Positions 21,462-31,797 of a DNA stretch of 64,000 bases are shown piece by piece. The stretch comes from a virus. Position 1 is the stretch's first letter; each line of letters starts with the position of its first letter. A program made the translations under genes and the position numbers. Location of the stretch: the IMG/VR virus record IMGVR_UViG_3300044616_001452; one strand, 5' to 3'. The notes below the pieces were generated by a model, which was given only the letters and a program-made list of their open reading frames with translations, did no database searches and was not told the origin of the DNA.

Positions 21462-23153
21462 ATGGCTTTGAACTTGTTCGGCTTTCAAATCTCAAGACAA
21501 AAGACTGAAGTACAACAACAGTCTGAGAAAACTTTTGCCGTCCCATCTAATGAGGACGGTGCATTAACTATTTCTGCCGCAGCATATTATGGCACGTATG
21601 TTGATTTAGACGGTACAGCAAAAAACGAGGTCGAATTAATTTCTCGTTATCGAGAAATGGCAATGCAGCCAGAAATCGAATCGGCGATTGATGATATTGT
21701 CAACGAAGCAATTGTTCAAAACGACAATGGGCAATCGATTCGAATTATTATGGACGATCTAAAGCAACCAGACAGAATCAAAAAAGCCATCGAAGAAGAA
21801 TTCAAAATTATATTAAGAGTATTGAATTATAATAACATGGCCACGGATATTTTCCGTAGATTCTATGTTGATGGTAGATTGTTCTATCACATCATTATAG
21901 ACCAAGAAAATCCACAGTCTGGTATTAAAGCACTTAGATATATTGATCCAAGAAAAATACGAAAAGTTCGTGAAGTTAAAAAAGAAAAAGATAAATCAAC
22001 AGCAGCGGATGTGGTAACAACTGTAAATGAATATTACATTTACAATGACAAAGTAGTTTCAGGCACTTCATCCAGTTATGGACCTGTAGGCGTTCGTATT
22101 GCAAAAGACTCTATCATCAATATCAATTCAGGATTGATGGATTCTCGTCGTGCAGTTGTGCTTTCATATCTTCATAAGGCAATCAAACCACTCAATCAGT
22201 TACGTATGATTGAAGATGCTACAGTAATTTACCGTATATCAAGAGCACCAGAACGTAGAATTTTCTATATCGATGTAGGCAATTTGCCTAAGTTAAAGGC
22301 TGAACAATACCTACGCGACATTATGGTCAAGTATAAAAATAAACTTGTCTATGATGCTCAGACAGGTGAGGTCCGTGATGATAGAAAATTCCTGTCAATG
22401 ATGGAAGATTTCTGGTTACCTCGCCGAGAAGGCGGTAAAGGTACAGAAATTACAACATTACCTGGTGGGCAGAATCTAGGTGAACTAGAAGACGTTAAAT
22501 ACTTTGAAAAGAAATTGTACAAAGCATTAAATGTTCCAGTGTCACGTTTAGATCCAAATCAAACTGGGTTTTCACTTGGCAGAGTTGGTGAAATTACACG
22601 TGATGAAGTAAAGTTTTCAAAGTTTGTTGATCGCCAAAGACAAAAGTTTGCAGAAGTTTTCGATCAAGCACTGCGTGTGCAATGTGTACTAAAAGGTATT
22701 TGTACATCTGATGAGTTCGACGAATTTAAAGAGTACATATACTACGATTTCTTAAAAGACAATAATTTTGCCGAATTAAAAGAAGCAGAATTGGTAAGAG
22801 AACGTCTGTCACTTCTTGGTTCCGTAGACCCATATGTCGGGCGCTATTATTCGATGGAGTGGATACAAAGAAATGTATTGAGAATGACGGATGAAGATAT
22901 CAAAGAAATGCGTGAACAAATTGATGATGAAAAAGAAGCAGGATTAATTTTAGATCCAATGCAAATAGCACAGCAGGGTCAAGCAGAATTAGCTGCTGAT
23001 GCGGCCGATGCAAAAACTGGAAATGCTCCAACATCTCCTGCAATTTCAAATGCTTCACCAGTATCCGGAGATACAGCAGATAATAAACCAATAAAAGGTG
23101 ATTTGAGTTTGAAAGAATCTCTCGCATTGCGTATGCTGAAAAGAGTGGTATAA
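21462..23153 (+). CDS. gp20: Portal vertex protein gp20
   Basis: IYRISRAPERRIFYIDVGNLP, EDFWLPRREGGKGTEITTLPGG. Confidence 0.98.
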   Translation: MALNLFGFQISRQKTEVQQQSEKTFAVPSNEDGALTISAAAYYGTYVDLDGTAKNEVELISRYREMAMQPEIESAIDDIVNEAIVQNDNGQSIRIIMDDLKQPDRIKKAIEEEFKIILRVLNYNNMATDIFRRFYVDGRLFYHIIIDQENPQSGIKALRYIDPRKIRKVREVKKEKDKSTAADVVTTVNEYYIYNDKVVSGTSSSYGPVGVRIAKDSIININSGLMDSRRAVVLSYLHKAIKPLNQLRMIEDATVIYRISRAPERRIFYIDVGNLPKLKAEQYLRDIMVKYKNKLVYDAQTGEVRDDRKFLSMMEDFWLPRREGGKGTEITTLPGGQNLGELEDVKYFEKKLYKALNVPVSRLDPNQTGFSLGRVGEITRDEVKFSKFVDRQRQKFAEVFDQALRVQCVLKGICTSDEFDEFKEYIYYDFLKDNNFAELKEAELVRERLSLLGSVDPYVGRYYSMEWIQRNVLRMTDEDIKEMREQIDDEKEAGLILDPMQIAQQGQAELAADAADAKTGNAPTSPAISNASPVSGDTADNKPIKGDLSLKESLALRMLKRVV

Positions 23154-23156
23154 ATA
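23149..23156 (+). promoter_or_regulatory. T4-type late promoter TATAAATA
   Basis: Exact consensus just upstream of prohead core genes; variants (xxTAAATA) at 14088, 18853, 20837, 26887, 28345, 43307 and 45876. Confidence 0.8.
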
Positions 23157-23181
23157 ATTTATATTTAATGGAGAAAAAATA

Positions 23182-23439
23182 ATGCCAGATGAAAATATTC
23201 AAGCAGTGGTTGACAACGCTCTCGTCGATAACGCCACAGAAATGAGAGCTGCGTTTTATAATGCAATCAATGATAAAATTTTTGACGCTCTAGAACAACG
23301 TAAACAAGAGATGGCAAGAAACTTTATTTCTCAATATGATTCCGATAATGAAGAAGAATCAGAAGAACAAGAAGAAGATTCTGCTGAAGAAGGGCAAGAA
23401 GAACAAAATACGGAAGATTCAGAAGAAACGCAGCAATGA
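23182..23439 (+). CDS. Prohead core protein (gp67-like)
   Basis: Small acidic protein directly after portal, as in T4. Confidence 0.65.
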   Translation: MPDENIQAVVDNALVDNATEMRAAFYNAINDKIFDALEQRKQEMARNFISQYDSDNEEESEEQEEDSAEEGQEEQNTEDSEETQQ

Positions 23440-24143
23440 AAAGATTAAAAGACTTTCTTCAAACAAAGATTGACGAAGATGGTTCTCCTGATGTAGACGG
23501 AGATGGTTGGCTTTCACCATCAGAATTACATCAGCATTTAGATATTCAGAAAAGAGGAAAAGTCGATCTTGGTGATTATGCTGCGCATGTAATGTTTCAT
23601 GCTCACCACCCAGAATACCTTGCACCATATGTCGCATCATTTAATGATGTGCAAAAAAGGCACGCTGAAGGTCAACACATGTGTGACCACGATCCGGTCT
23701 TCAAAAAATTAATCAACAAGGATTCTTTGGTTGCAACAAATTATCCTGTATATGAAGGAAGAGAAGCTGGGCATTCCGAGCAAGATCCTCCAGCGGTTTT
23801 AATTATGAGAAGAAAATCTATTCGTTTATTCCCGAATGGGCAAAAAGTTGCTTTGTATTACGTTGATAAAATTAACAAGTATGTCACTGTGCCATATGAC
23901 GGTATTATGCAACTGTCTACCGAAGAAACGATATTAGATAAAATTAAAATTGTTGCAGAACAAAAACAAAAAATGGTTGTTGAACATTTAGATGGTTCAA
24001 CATCCGAAATCACTCCAGAAATAGCAAACAATATAATGGCTGTTTATAAAAAAATCAATGAGGCAAACAAAGAAAAAATGGCCGATATGCTAGAAGCTAG
24101 TGCAAAACATTTTCAAACTATAGTTAAGTTTTCCAAGGAATAA
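23436..24143 (+). CDS. Prohead-region protein with EF-hand motif
   Basis: DVDGDGWLSPSE matches the 12-residue EF-hand loop; lies between gp67-like and gp68/gp21. Confidence 0.6.
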   Translation: MKRLKDFLQTKIDEDGSPDVDGDGWLSPSELHQHLDIQKRGKVDLGDYAAHVMFHAHHPEYLAPYVASFNDVQKRHAEGQHMCDHDPVFKKLINKDSLVATNYPVYEGREAGHSEQDPPAVLIMRRKSIRLFPNGQKVALYYVDKINKYVTVPYDGIMQLSTEETILDKIKIVAEQKQKMVVEHLDGSTSEITPEIANNIMAVYKKINEANKEKMADMLEASAKHFQTIVKFSKE

Positions 24144-24145
24144 AA

Positions 24146-24691
24146 ATGGCAAACAAATTCTCATATCAAGTTTTAAAAGACGATACGCAACACGCCGTTA
24201 TTAAACTTACGGCAGATTTCGATGGATCAGGGCAAGAAGATAATGTTGCAAGAATTAAAGCTAATTCTTTATATGGTGCATTGGCAACAAACGGATTCCC
24301 TGTTGCAAACGTCTGGGGCGGTTCTGCTAACACTACTCTATCGTATTACGGTTTAACCGTAAATAGAATTTGGTATGACACATACGGCACTGGTGGTACA
24401 GTTCAACTATATTGGTCAAACACAGAATTTCAAACAGCAAACAGTGGTGTGCCACTTTTCTTCTTACATGGAAATGGAGAATATGATGGCGAGGGCAATT
24501 GGATTACAGTAAAAAATACTTCAGTTGGAGAAAACAATAACGGTGATATAGGAATTTATACTAAAGGTCAAATTGCAAATTCTAGCTATAGCATTGTTAT
24601 TGAACTGAGAAAAGATAATACTTATTATCAGCGCGGGCAATTTAATGATCCTGCTGCATTTAACTATGGTGCATTTTCACTTAAACCATAA
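24146..24691 (+). CDS. Putative head-associated structural protein
   Basis: 181-aa beta-rich ORF inside the head gene cluster. Confidence 0.55.
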   Translation: MANKFSYQVLKDDTQHAVIKLTADFDGSGQEDNVARIKANSLYGALATNGFPVANVWGGSANTTLSYYGLTVNRIWYDTYGTGGTVQLYWSNTEFQTANSGVPLFFLHGNGEYDGEGNWITVKNTSVGENNNGDIGIYTKGQIANSSYSIVIELRKDNTYYQRGQFNDPAAFNYGAFSLKP

Positions 24692-25014
24692 TGTCAATAA
24701 TTAAAGAAAGAATTGAGCGTTTATTTGAAAAGAAGTTGCTCGAATTAAATGAGGGCAACGTACAAAAATTTGGTAGAACAAAATTAGTAAAAGTGAGAGT
24801 ACGAGGCGGTAAGGTACAAAGAAGAAGAAAGTTTTCTAGCGTTCCAGGTTATACAATTAGAGGTGGCAGACTTGTTAGAATGTCACCTCAAGAAAGACGA
24901 AGAAGAAAGATGGGTGCTAGAAAAGCTAAGATTAAACGTAAAGGCAAATTAAACACAATTCTTCGTAAAAGAAGAATGTCACTTAGAAGAAGGGCGTCTT
25001 TGGGGGTAAGATGA
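24691..25014 (+). CDS. Basic prohead core protein (gp68-like)
   Basis: Arg/Lys-rich small protein immediately upstream of gp21. Confidence 0.7.
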   Translation: MSIIKERIERLFEKKLLELNEGNVQKFGRTKLVKVRVRGGKVQRRRKFSSVPGYTIRGGRLVRMSPQERRRRKMGARKAKIKRKGKLNTILRKRRMSLRRRASLGVR

Positions 25015-25655
25015 AATTAATAAAAGAAATCACAGAATCGGTACAATACCTTACAGAAGAAAAGGACGGAAAGAAGTCACTTTTTATTGAAGGTCCTTTC
25101 CTTGTAGCCGAGAGACAAAATAAAAATAAACGCCTCTACGAATACAATACTTTGAAAAAAGAAGTAGATCGTTATACCCAAGAATATATCAATAAGAATC
25201 GAGCTTTTGGTGAATTAGGGCATCCTGATTCACCAACTATTAATCTGGATCGCGTATCACATATGGTTACCGGTTTGAGAGAAGATGGTACGCAATGGGT
25301 TGGTAAAGCAAAGATTCTCGATACACCAATGGGTAACATTGCAAGAAATCTAATCGAAGGTGGAGCTATGCTAGGAGTTTCATCAAGAGGTATGGGTTCT
25401 CTTAAAATGGTCAACGGTGTCAATGTTGTACAACCCGATTTTTATCTAGCCACAGCGGCAGATATTGTGGCCGACCCTTCTGCACCAGGTGCATTTGTGC
25501 AGGGAATTATGGAAGGCAAAGAATGGATGTTAGTAGAGGGTAAATGGACTGAAGTTCATCTTCAAGAGGCAACGAAAGAAATTCGTAAGGCTTCGAGAAA
25601 ACAAATTGAACAAGTAAGTTTACAAATATTCGAAAACTTCATTAAAAAATTATAA
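25011..25655 (+). CDS. gp21: Prohead core scaffold protease gp21
   Basis: GELGHP, INLDRVSH, GVSSRGMGS, ADIVADPSAP. Confidence 0.97.
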   Translation: MKLIKEITESVQYLTEEKDGKKSLFIEGPFLVAERQNKNKRLYEYNTLKKEVDRYTQEYINKNRAFGELGHPDSPTINLDRVSHMVTGLREDGTQWVGKAKILDTPMGNIARNLIEGGAMLGVSSRGMGSLKMVNGVNVVQPDFYLATAADIVADPSAPGAFVQGIMEGKEWMLVEGKWTEVHLQEATKEIRKASRKQIEQVSLQIFENFIKKL

Positions 25656-25658
25656 TAT

Positions 25659-25666
25659 TATAAATA
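25659..25666 (+). promoter_or_regulatory. T4-type late promoter TATAAATA
   Basis: Exact consensus upstream of gp22. Confidence 0.85.
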
Positions 25667-25694
25667 TTCCACATATAACCAAGGAGATTTCCAA

Positions 25695-26891
25695 ATGGGT
25701 AAGAAGTTCAATTTATCTGAAGCTGCCGCTGAAATTCTAAACAAAAGTATCAGCACAGCTAAAAAAGATGCGCCAGGCCGTCTGCCAACCTCAGTCGTTT
25801 CTGGTCAAAAAGAAGTAGGTGACATTGGCACCGAAGTTACAAAAACTACAGATGGTGGTCCAGATGCAACTAAAGGTGTTCCAACAGCAACACCTCCAGG
25901 TGCAACACCTCCAGTTGGTGCTGAGCCAATGAAAAAACTAAAAGGTCAACCTGCTGAACAAGGTTCCGTTGAAAGCCCAGAAGGAAAATCAGGGCGTCAA
26001 ATGATGGACAAAAACAAAGGTGCCACATTTCAATCGTATGGTGGGCAGCACGAAGAAGTTGATGCTGATGAAGAAGATATGATTGAAGAAGAAAAAGAAG
26101 AAGGACATGAAGATGAGAAAGAAGATAAGAAGCTCATGAAAAAAATGGTCAAAAAAGATAGCATGAAAGAAGATATTGATGCGCTTATGCAAGGTGAAGA
26201 CTTGTCTGAAGAATTCGTTCAAAAAGCAACAACAATTTTTGAAGCAGCGGTTATGTCTCGCGTACAGGAAATTGTTGAAGAAATGGAAACAGAATATGAA
26301 GAACAATTCGATTCTGCTCTTACCGAACTCAGAGAAGATTTTGCAACAAAGATTGATGACTATCTGAACTATATGGTTCAAGAATGGATGGAAGAAAATC
26401 AACTTGCCATCGAATCTGGGCTTCGTTCAGAAATCGTAGAAGACTTTATCGTTGGTCTACGCAACCTGTTTGCTGAACACTACATTGACATTCCAGAGGA
26501 AAAAGTTGATGCAGTGGAAGAACTTGCTGGTAAAGTTGAAGAATTGGAAGAAGAACTTAACGAACAGATTCAACGTTCTGTTGAGCTTTCCAAAACAATT
26601 AATGAATACAAAAAAATTCAGGCCGTGCAAGCAGTTTGCGAAGGCCTAACGCAGACTCAGGTAGAGAAACTTAAATCACTCGCAGAGAGTGTCGAGTTCA
26701 CTTCTGAGGAAGATTTCACCGAAAAGCTTAATACGCTGAAAGAAGCATATGCTCCTTCAACAGTTAAAGCTGGTGAAAAGTCTGCCCTAGAAGAAGGCGT
26801 TGAAGTACCAGAAGACAAACCAACAAAGTTGTCATCTGACCCACTCGTAGACGCTGTAGCAAAAACAATCTCAAAATCGGTATTAAAATAA
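25695..26891 (+). CDS. gp22: Prohead core scaffolding protein gp22
   Basis: LSEEF..KATTIFEAAV, YLNYMVQEWMEEN.LAIE.GLR. Confidence 0.93.
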   Translation: MGKKFNLSEAAAEILNKSISTAKKDAPGRLPTSVVSGQKEVGDIGTEVTKTTDGGPDATKGVPTATPPGATPPVGAEPMKKLKGQPAEQGSVESPEGKSGRQMMDKNKGATFQSYGGQHEEVDADEEDMIEEEKEEGHEDEKEDKKLMKKMVKKDSMKEDIDALMQGEDLSEEFVQKATTIFEAAVMSRVQEIVEEMETEYEEQFDSALTELREDFATKIDDYLNYMVQEWMEENQLAIESGLRSEIVEDFIVGLRNLFAEHYIDIPEEKVDAVEELAGKVEELEEELNEQIQRSVELSKTINEYKKIQAVQAVCEGLTQTQVEKLKSLAESVEFTSEEDFTEKLNTLKEAYAPSTVKAGEKSALEEGVEVPEDKPTKLSSDPLVDAVAKTISKSVLK

Positions 26892-26924
26892 ATAATACCA
26901 TAATTAACACATAGGAGTATTTAA

Positions 26925-28274
26925 ATGTACCTATCTGAAGAAATTCAATCAAAATGGAAACCAGTTCTTGAGCATCCAGAGCTGGAAGCAATTAAGGATC
27001 CATATCGTAAAGCCGTCACTGCAATGGTTCTTGAGAACCAGTCACAGGCAATGGCATCTGATCGCGCTCAAATGGGCATGCTTACAGAAACAACAAGCGT
27101 AGGACCAACAAACGTTACTGGTTCTGGCGTTCAGAACTTTGACCCTATTCTTATTAGCCTGGTTCGCCGTGCGCTTCCTAACCTGATCGCTTATGACGTT
27201 GCTGGCGTTCAGCCAATGACAGGTCCCACTGGTCTTATTTTTGCAATGCGCGCACGTTATGGTCAGAACATGACTTCTGGTTCAGAAGCCTTCTTCAATG
27301 AAGCTAATACACAGTTCTCTGGTATCGGTTCAGATACAAACCGTTTCGGTTTCGCCAACAACACAACTGGTGACACAATCACCAATCCAGTTGGTAACGG
27401 TTTTACAACTGCTAATACCTTCACAACTGGTATCGGTATGCCAACTGCTACTGCTGAATTCTTGGGTTCTGAAAGCAACACAGCATTTGGTCAAATGGCA
27501 TTCTCAATTGAGAAAGTTACTGTTACTGCACAAAGCCGTGCGCTGAAAGCTGAATACTCACTAGAACTTGCACAAGACCTGAAAGCAATTCACGGGCTTG
27601 ATGCTGAGACAGAACTTTCAAACATTCTGTCAACAGAAATTCTTGCTGAGATCAACCGTGAAGTTATCCGTACAATCTACACTGTTGCTAAGAACGGTGC
27701 TCAGTATGGTACGACAACCGCTGGTGTATTTGACCTTGACACAGATTCAAATGGTCGTTGGTCAGTTGAGCGTTTCAAAGGTCTGATTTTCCAGATCGAA
27801 CGTGATGCTAACGTTATTGCTAAAGAAACTCGTCGTGGTAAAGGTAACGTTCTGATCGTTTCTTCAGACGTTGCTTCTGCAATGGCCATGGCTGGTGTTC
27901 TTCAGTACACACCTGCTCTGTCAGCCGATCTACAAGTTGATGACACTGGTAACACTTTTGCAGGTCTTCTGCATGGTCGTATCAAGGTTTACATCGATCC
28001 ATACTTCGGTGGCTATACAAGCAATCAAGAGCTTGTTACAATCGGTTATAAGGGTTCTTCACCTTATGACGCTGGTCTGTTCTACTGCCCATACGTTCCT
28101 CTCCAGATGGTTCGTGCGGTTGATCAGTATACCTTCCAGCCAAAGATTGGTTTCAAGACTCGTTACGGCATGGTAGCAAACCCATTTGCTGGTGGTCCTA
28201 ACGCTGATCTGGGTCAGTTGTACTCTAAGCGTAACACATACTACCGCATCTTCCGTGTTGCTAACCTGATGTAA
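26925..28274 (+). CDS. gp23: Major capsid protein gp23
   Basis: GVQPMTGPTGLIFAMR, SRALKAEYSLELAQDLKAIHGLDAE, FQPKIGFKTRYG. Confidence 0.98.
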   Translation: MYLSEEIQSKWKPVLEHPELEAIKDPYRKAVTAMVLENQSQAMASDRAQMGMLTETTSVGPTNVTGSGVQNFDPILISLVRRALPNLIAYDVAGVQPMTGPTGLIFAMRARYGQNMTSGSEAFFNEANTQFSGIGSDTNRFGFANNTTGDTITNPVGNGFTTANTFTTGIGMPTATAEFLGSESNTAFGQMAFSIEKVTVTAQSRALKAEYSLELAQDLKAIHGLDAETELSNILSTEILAEINREVIRTIYTVAKNGAQYGTTTAGVFDLDTDSNGRWSVERFKGLIFQIERDANVIAKETRRGKGNVLIVSSDVASAMAMAGVLQYTPALSADLQVDDTGNTFAGLLHGRIKVYIDPYFGGYTSNQELVTIGYKGSSPYDAGLFYCPYVPLQMVRAVDQYTFQPKIGFKTRYGMVANPFAGGPNADLGQLYSKRNTYYRIFRVANLM

Positions 28275-28313
28275 TAGTAGTATCGATAAAACCACCGTTA
28301 AGAGTGGTCTTTC

Positions 28314-28341
28314 AGAGGAGCCTTCGGGCTCCTCTTTTTTT
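28314..28341 (+). terminator. Rho-independent terminator after gp23 with cUUCGg tetraloop
   Basis: AGAGGAGCC-TTCG-GGCTCCTCT followed by T run. Confidence 0.92.
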
Positions 28342-28370
28342 ATTCCTAAATAGTAGATAAGGAGGAAACT

Positions 28371-28853
28371 ATGAGTGGGCTAATCACAAAACCTAAGAAT
28401 ACTAATCTATTACAACCTACCAAATATTCTGTTAGTTTTCCAGAAATTTCAGATACGATTTATTTTTGCCAAAAAGTAAATTTACCTGGTGTTCAAGTCA
28501 GTGAATTACCACATGTAACTCCTAATCTCGATCTTTTTGTAGCTGGTACCAAAATCACATATGGTTCTTTTGATATAGAATTTTTGGTAAATGAGGATTT
28601 GACCTCGTGGCTGTATATTCATAATTGGATAAAAGGTATTACGACAGACATGAACTATCGATCATTTCCAAAAGTTCAAGCCATATTAACCATTTATTCT
28701 AATCAAAACAATCCAAAATTCAGAATAAAATATAATGATATTTTTCCATTAAATTTGGGGGACATAGAATTCGATACCACTTTATCGGCTGAAGACCATC
28801 TAATATCTAGTGCATCTTTCCGTTTTAATTATTTTGACATTGAAAGACTTTAA
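28371..28853 (+). CDS. gp3: Tail completion / tube terminator protein gp3
   Basis: NLLQPTKY, YFCQKVNLPG, FLVNEDL..W..IHNW; typical position after gp23. Confidence 0.85.
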   Translation: MSGLITKPKNTNLLQPTKYSVSFPEISDTIYFCQKVNLPGVQVSELPHVTPNLDLFVAGTKITYGSFDIEFLVNEDLTSWLYIHNWIKGITTDMNYRSFPKVQAILTIYSNQNNPKFRIKYNDIFPLNLGDIEFDTTLSAEDHLISSASFRFNYFDIERL

Positions 28854-28862
28854 TGTTAAAAT
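28834..28862 (+). promoter_or_regulatory. Sigma70-type promoter for uvsY-uvsW
   Basis: TTGACA-17 nt-TAAAAT with extended TG. Confidence 0.65.
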
Positions 28863-28885
28863 AAAGGTTTATAAATGGATTAGTC

Positions 28886-29326
28886 ATGGAAAATCTTGAA
28901 CAAATTATGAAGTTGTGGGAAGAAGACTCTATCATTGACTCGACTGAACCTGGTAAAGAACTTCTTAAAATACCAACTCTGCACAATAAGTATTTGAAAA
29001 TATTAGTGAAACATAGAATCTCAAATAAAAAACTTAATTTTGATTATTCTAGGCAAAGAAAGATCAAAGAAGAATACTACAATGGTAGTCTGTCTCAAGA
29101 AGAACTAGAAGAATATGGCTGGGAACCTTTTCTTCTTAACATTAAAACGAAGCAAGGCATAGAACGATATATAGATTCAGACAAAGATTTAATTAGATTA
29201 CTAGAAAAAAAGATGCATCATGAAGAATGCATTTCAGTATGCGAATCTATTCTTCAAGAATTGAAAAGTAGAACTTATCAACTAAGAGATTATATTTCAT
29301 GGGAAAGATTTATAGGTGGAAACTAA
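28886..29326 (+). CDS. uvsY: Recombination mediator UvsY
   Basis: W.EDS.ID, IP.LHNKY, I.WERF..G; precedes uvsW. Confidence 0.9.
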   Translation: MENLEQIMKLWEEDSIIDSTEPGKELLKIPTLHNKYLKILVKHRISNKKLNFDYSRQRKIKEEYYNGSLSQEELEEYGWEPFLLNIKTKQGIERYIDSDKDLIRLLEKKMHHEECISVCESILQELKSRTYQLRDYISWERFIGGN

Positions 29327-30845
29327 AATAATAGTTAAAAAGAGTAACGAAGCCTACGTTAAAGTAGAGTGTGATCGTAGCACAGCACAAGAACTATCCG
29401 ACTATTTCACGTTCTTTGTTCCAGGATTTCAATTTACACCAGCTTTTAGAAATAAAATTTGGGACGGTAAGATAAGGTTGTTCGATCAAAGAAGTAATGA
29501 ACTATATCATGGGTTATATTCATTAATTGAAACATTTGCAAGTGAAAGAGATTATTCTGTAGAATACAGGGATCCACGCCCAGACCTCGTTGATGATTTT
29601 TCAGAATACTTAGCAGACAAATATATACAACAGTTAAACGCACATTCAAGAGGCCAAAAGTTAACTGTAGATTCTCATCAAAAAACTGCATTTATACATG
29701 CAATGAGAAAAAGAAGATGCTTACTACTTTCTCCGACAGCATCAGGCAAATCATTAATCATGTACATGATTGTACGCCAATTATTAGACTATCACTGCAA
29801 AAAAGGTCTGATAATTGTACCAAGAACATCTTTGGTTGAACAACTTTATTCTGATTTTGCCGACTATTCTTCAGAGAACGAATGGGATGTATCAAACACA
29901 ATACATAAAATTTACCAGGGCAAAGAAAAAACAACACAACTACCTTTGATAATAACAACTTGGCAATCAATCTATCAATTTCCTAAAGAATATTTCGAAC
30001 AATTTGATTTTGTTATAGGTGATGAAGCTCACCTTTTCAAATCACAATCGTTAACATCAATACTGACCAAGTGTATCAATGCAAAATATAGAGTAGGTTT
30101 GACAGGTAGTTTAGATGGCACTAAAACCCATAAGTTAGTTTTAGAGGGGCTTTTTGGTCTAGCCGAAAGAGTTGCCACCACAAAAGAACTGATGGACAAA
30201 AACAGACTTGCAGAGTTTGAAATCAAATGTTTGGTTCTAAAACATAATGATGAAATTTGTGAGTTAATGAAAAAAACTACGTACCAAGAAGAAATTGAAT
30301 ACCTGATATTGAATGAAACGAGAAACAAATTCATCAAAAATTTAGCGGTATCATTAAAAGGTAATACACTCATATTGTACCAATACGTTGACAAACATGG
30401 GAAAATACTATATGATCTTATCACCAATACAAAAAATATTGGTGACAGAAAAGTTTTCTTCATATATGGAAAAACAGATGTTGAAACGAGGGAGAATGTC
30501 CGCAGTATAACAGAAAAAGAAGAAAATGCAATCATTATCGCATCGTATGGTACGTTCTCTACCGGTATTAATATTAGAAATTTGCATAATGTGATTTTTG
30601 CTTCACCATCAAAGTCTAGAGTACGTAATCTTCAATCGATAGGTAGGGCACTTAGAATAGGTGATAAAAAAGAAAAAGCAATATTATATGATATAGCAGA
30701 TGATTTGAGATACAAAAACCATATGAATTATACACTCAAACATTTCGTGGAAAGAACAAAGATATATAATGAAGAGAAGTTTGTTTACAAACTCTATAAA
30801 ATAGGACTAAAAAATGGAAAGAGTTCAAGTAATCAAGTTGTATAA
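29316..30845 (+). CDS. uvsW: DNA helicase UvsW
   Basis: WDGKIRLF, SPTASGKS, GDEAH, LQSIGRALR. Confidence 0.95.
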   Translation: METKIIVKKSNEAYVKVECDRSTAQELSDYFTFFVPGFQFTPAFRNKIWDGKIRLFDQRSNELYHGLYSLIETFASERDYSVEYRDPRPDLVDDFSEYLADKYIQQLNAHSRGQKLTVDSHQKTAFIHAMRKRRCLLLSPTASGKSLIMYMIVRQLLDYHCKKGLIIVPRTSLVEQLYSDFADYSSENEWDVSNTIHKIYQGKEKTTQLPLIITTWQSIYQFPKEYFEQFDFVIGDEAHLFKSQSLTSILTKCINAKYRVGLTGSLDGTKTHKLVLEGLFGLAERVATTKELMDKNRLAEFEIKCLVLKHNDEICELMKKTTYQEEIEYLILNETRNKFIKNLAVSLKGNTLILYQYVDKHGKILYDLITNTKNIGDRKVFFIYGKTDVETRENVRSITEKEENAIIIASYGTFSTGINIRNLHNVIFASPSKSRVRNLQSIGRALRIGDKKEKAILYDIADDLRYKNHMNYTLKHFVERTKIYNEEKFVYKLYKIGLKNGKSSSNQVV

Positions 30846-31188
30846 TGGTGACCAAATCATTTGCTATGCCGAAGAGGAAAAAGAACAGATTGTTGTTAAA
30901 AAGCCCCTTCAATTCTTTCTAAAAATTGATAGAAGTGGTGCGCATAATATTTCAATGGACTTTTGGTTACCCTACCCAGTCACTAAATCAAATACTGCTT
31001 CTATTAAACGGGATCAGATTATTGCTGTGCTTGATCCTTCTGATGACTTTGAAGAATACTATGAGAATGCATTAGATGCTCTTGAGAAATCTAGAGAAAG
31101 TGATTCATCTTTTGAAGATGAAAATGAAGATAAGTTGAAAGTATTACTGGAGGCACTCCAGATACCTAAGGAAAGATTTATTAATTAA
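30814..31188 (+). CDS. Conserved T4-like hypothetical protein (Sm-like fold)
   Basis: IKLYNGDQIIC N-terminus; conserved position between uvsW and gp55. Confidence 0.6.
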   Translation: MERVQVIKLYNGDQIICYAEEEKEQIVVKKPLQFFLKIDRSGAHNISMDFWLPYPVTKSNTASIKRDQIIAVLDPSDDFEEYYENALDALEKSRESDSSFEDENEDKLKVLLEALQIPKERFIN

Positions 31189-31246
31189 CATGCAGAGGGT
31201 ACATAGTGGAGTGTAGACCTTTGTCAAGTGGAAATCAATACTTATT

Positions 31247-31795
31247 ATGGTGAACAATATGACAAATACCAAAAAACATTACATAAACAATGCTGATTTT
31301 TGCAAAGCATTGGTCGATTACAAAGAAGCGGTAGCTCTTGCAAAAAAAGAGAGACAACCAAAACCTATTATTCCAAATTACATTGGTGAGTGTTTCATGA
31401 AGATTGCTGAAGGGCTTTCTCACAAACCAAACTTCATCAACTATACCTATCGTGATGAAATGATCGCAGATGGTATTGAAAACTGTCTGATGTATTTTGA
31501 AAACTTTGACCCTCAAAAATCCAATAACGCATTTGCCTATTTTACTCAAATCATATATTATGCTTTTCTCAGGAGAATACAGAAAGAGAAAAAACAACTC
31601 TATGTCAAATACAAATCAACTGAAAATTTTGGTATTCTAGATGAGTCTGAACTCATGGGTTTCGATGAAATTAATTCCAAACCATTTGAACTGTACGACA
31701 ATATATCAGAGTTTATTGAAAATTTCGAAGAGACCAAAAAGAAAAAGAAAATCGTGAAAAAAGAAAAGGGTATTGAAAAATTTCTTGAAGACTAA
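31247..31795 (+). CDS. gp55: Late sigma factor gp55
   Basis: HYINNADF, YIGECFMKIAEGLSHKPNFINYTYRDEMIADGIENC, NAFAYFTQI. Confidence 0.96.
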   Translation: MVNNMTNTKKHYINNADFCKALVDYKEAVALAKKERQPKPIIPNYIGECFMKIAEGLSHKPNFINYTYRDEMIADGIENCLMYFENFDPQKSNNAFAYFTQIIYYAFLRRIQKEKKQLYVKYKSTENFGILDESELMGFDEINSKPFELYDNISEFIENFEETKKKKKIVKKEKGIEKFLED

Positions 31796-31797
31796 TT

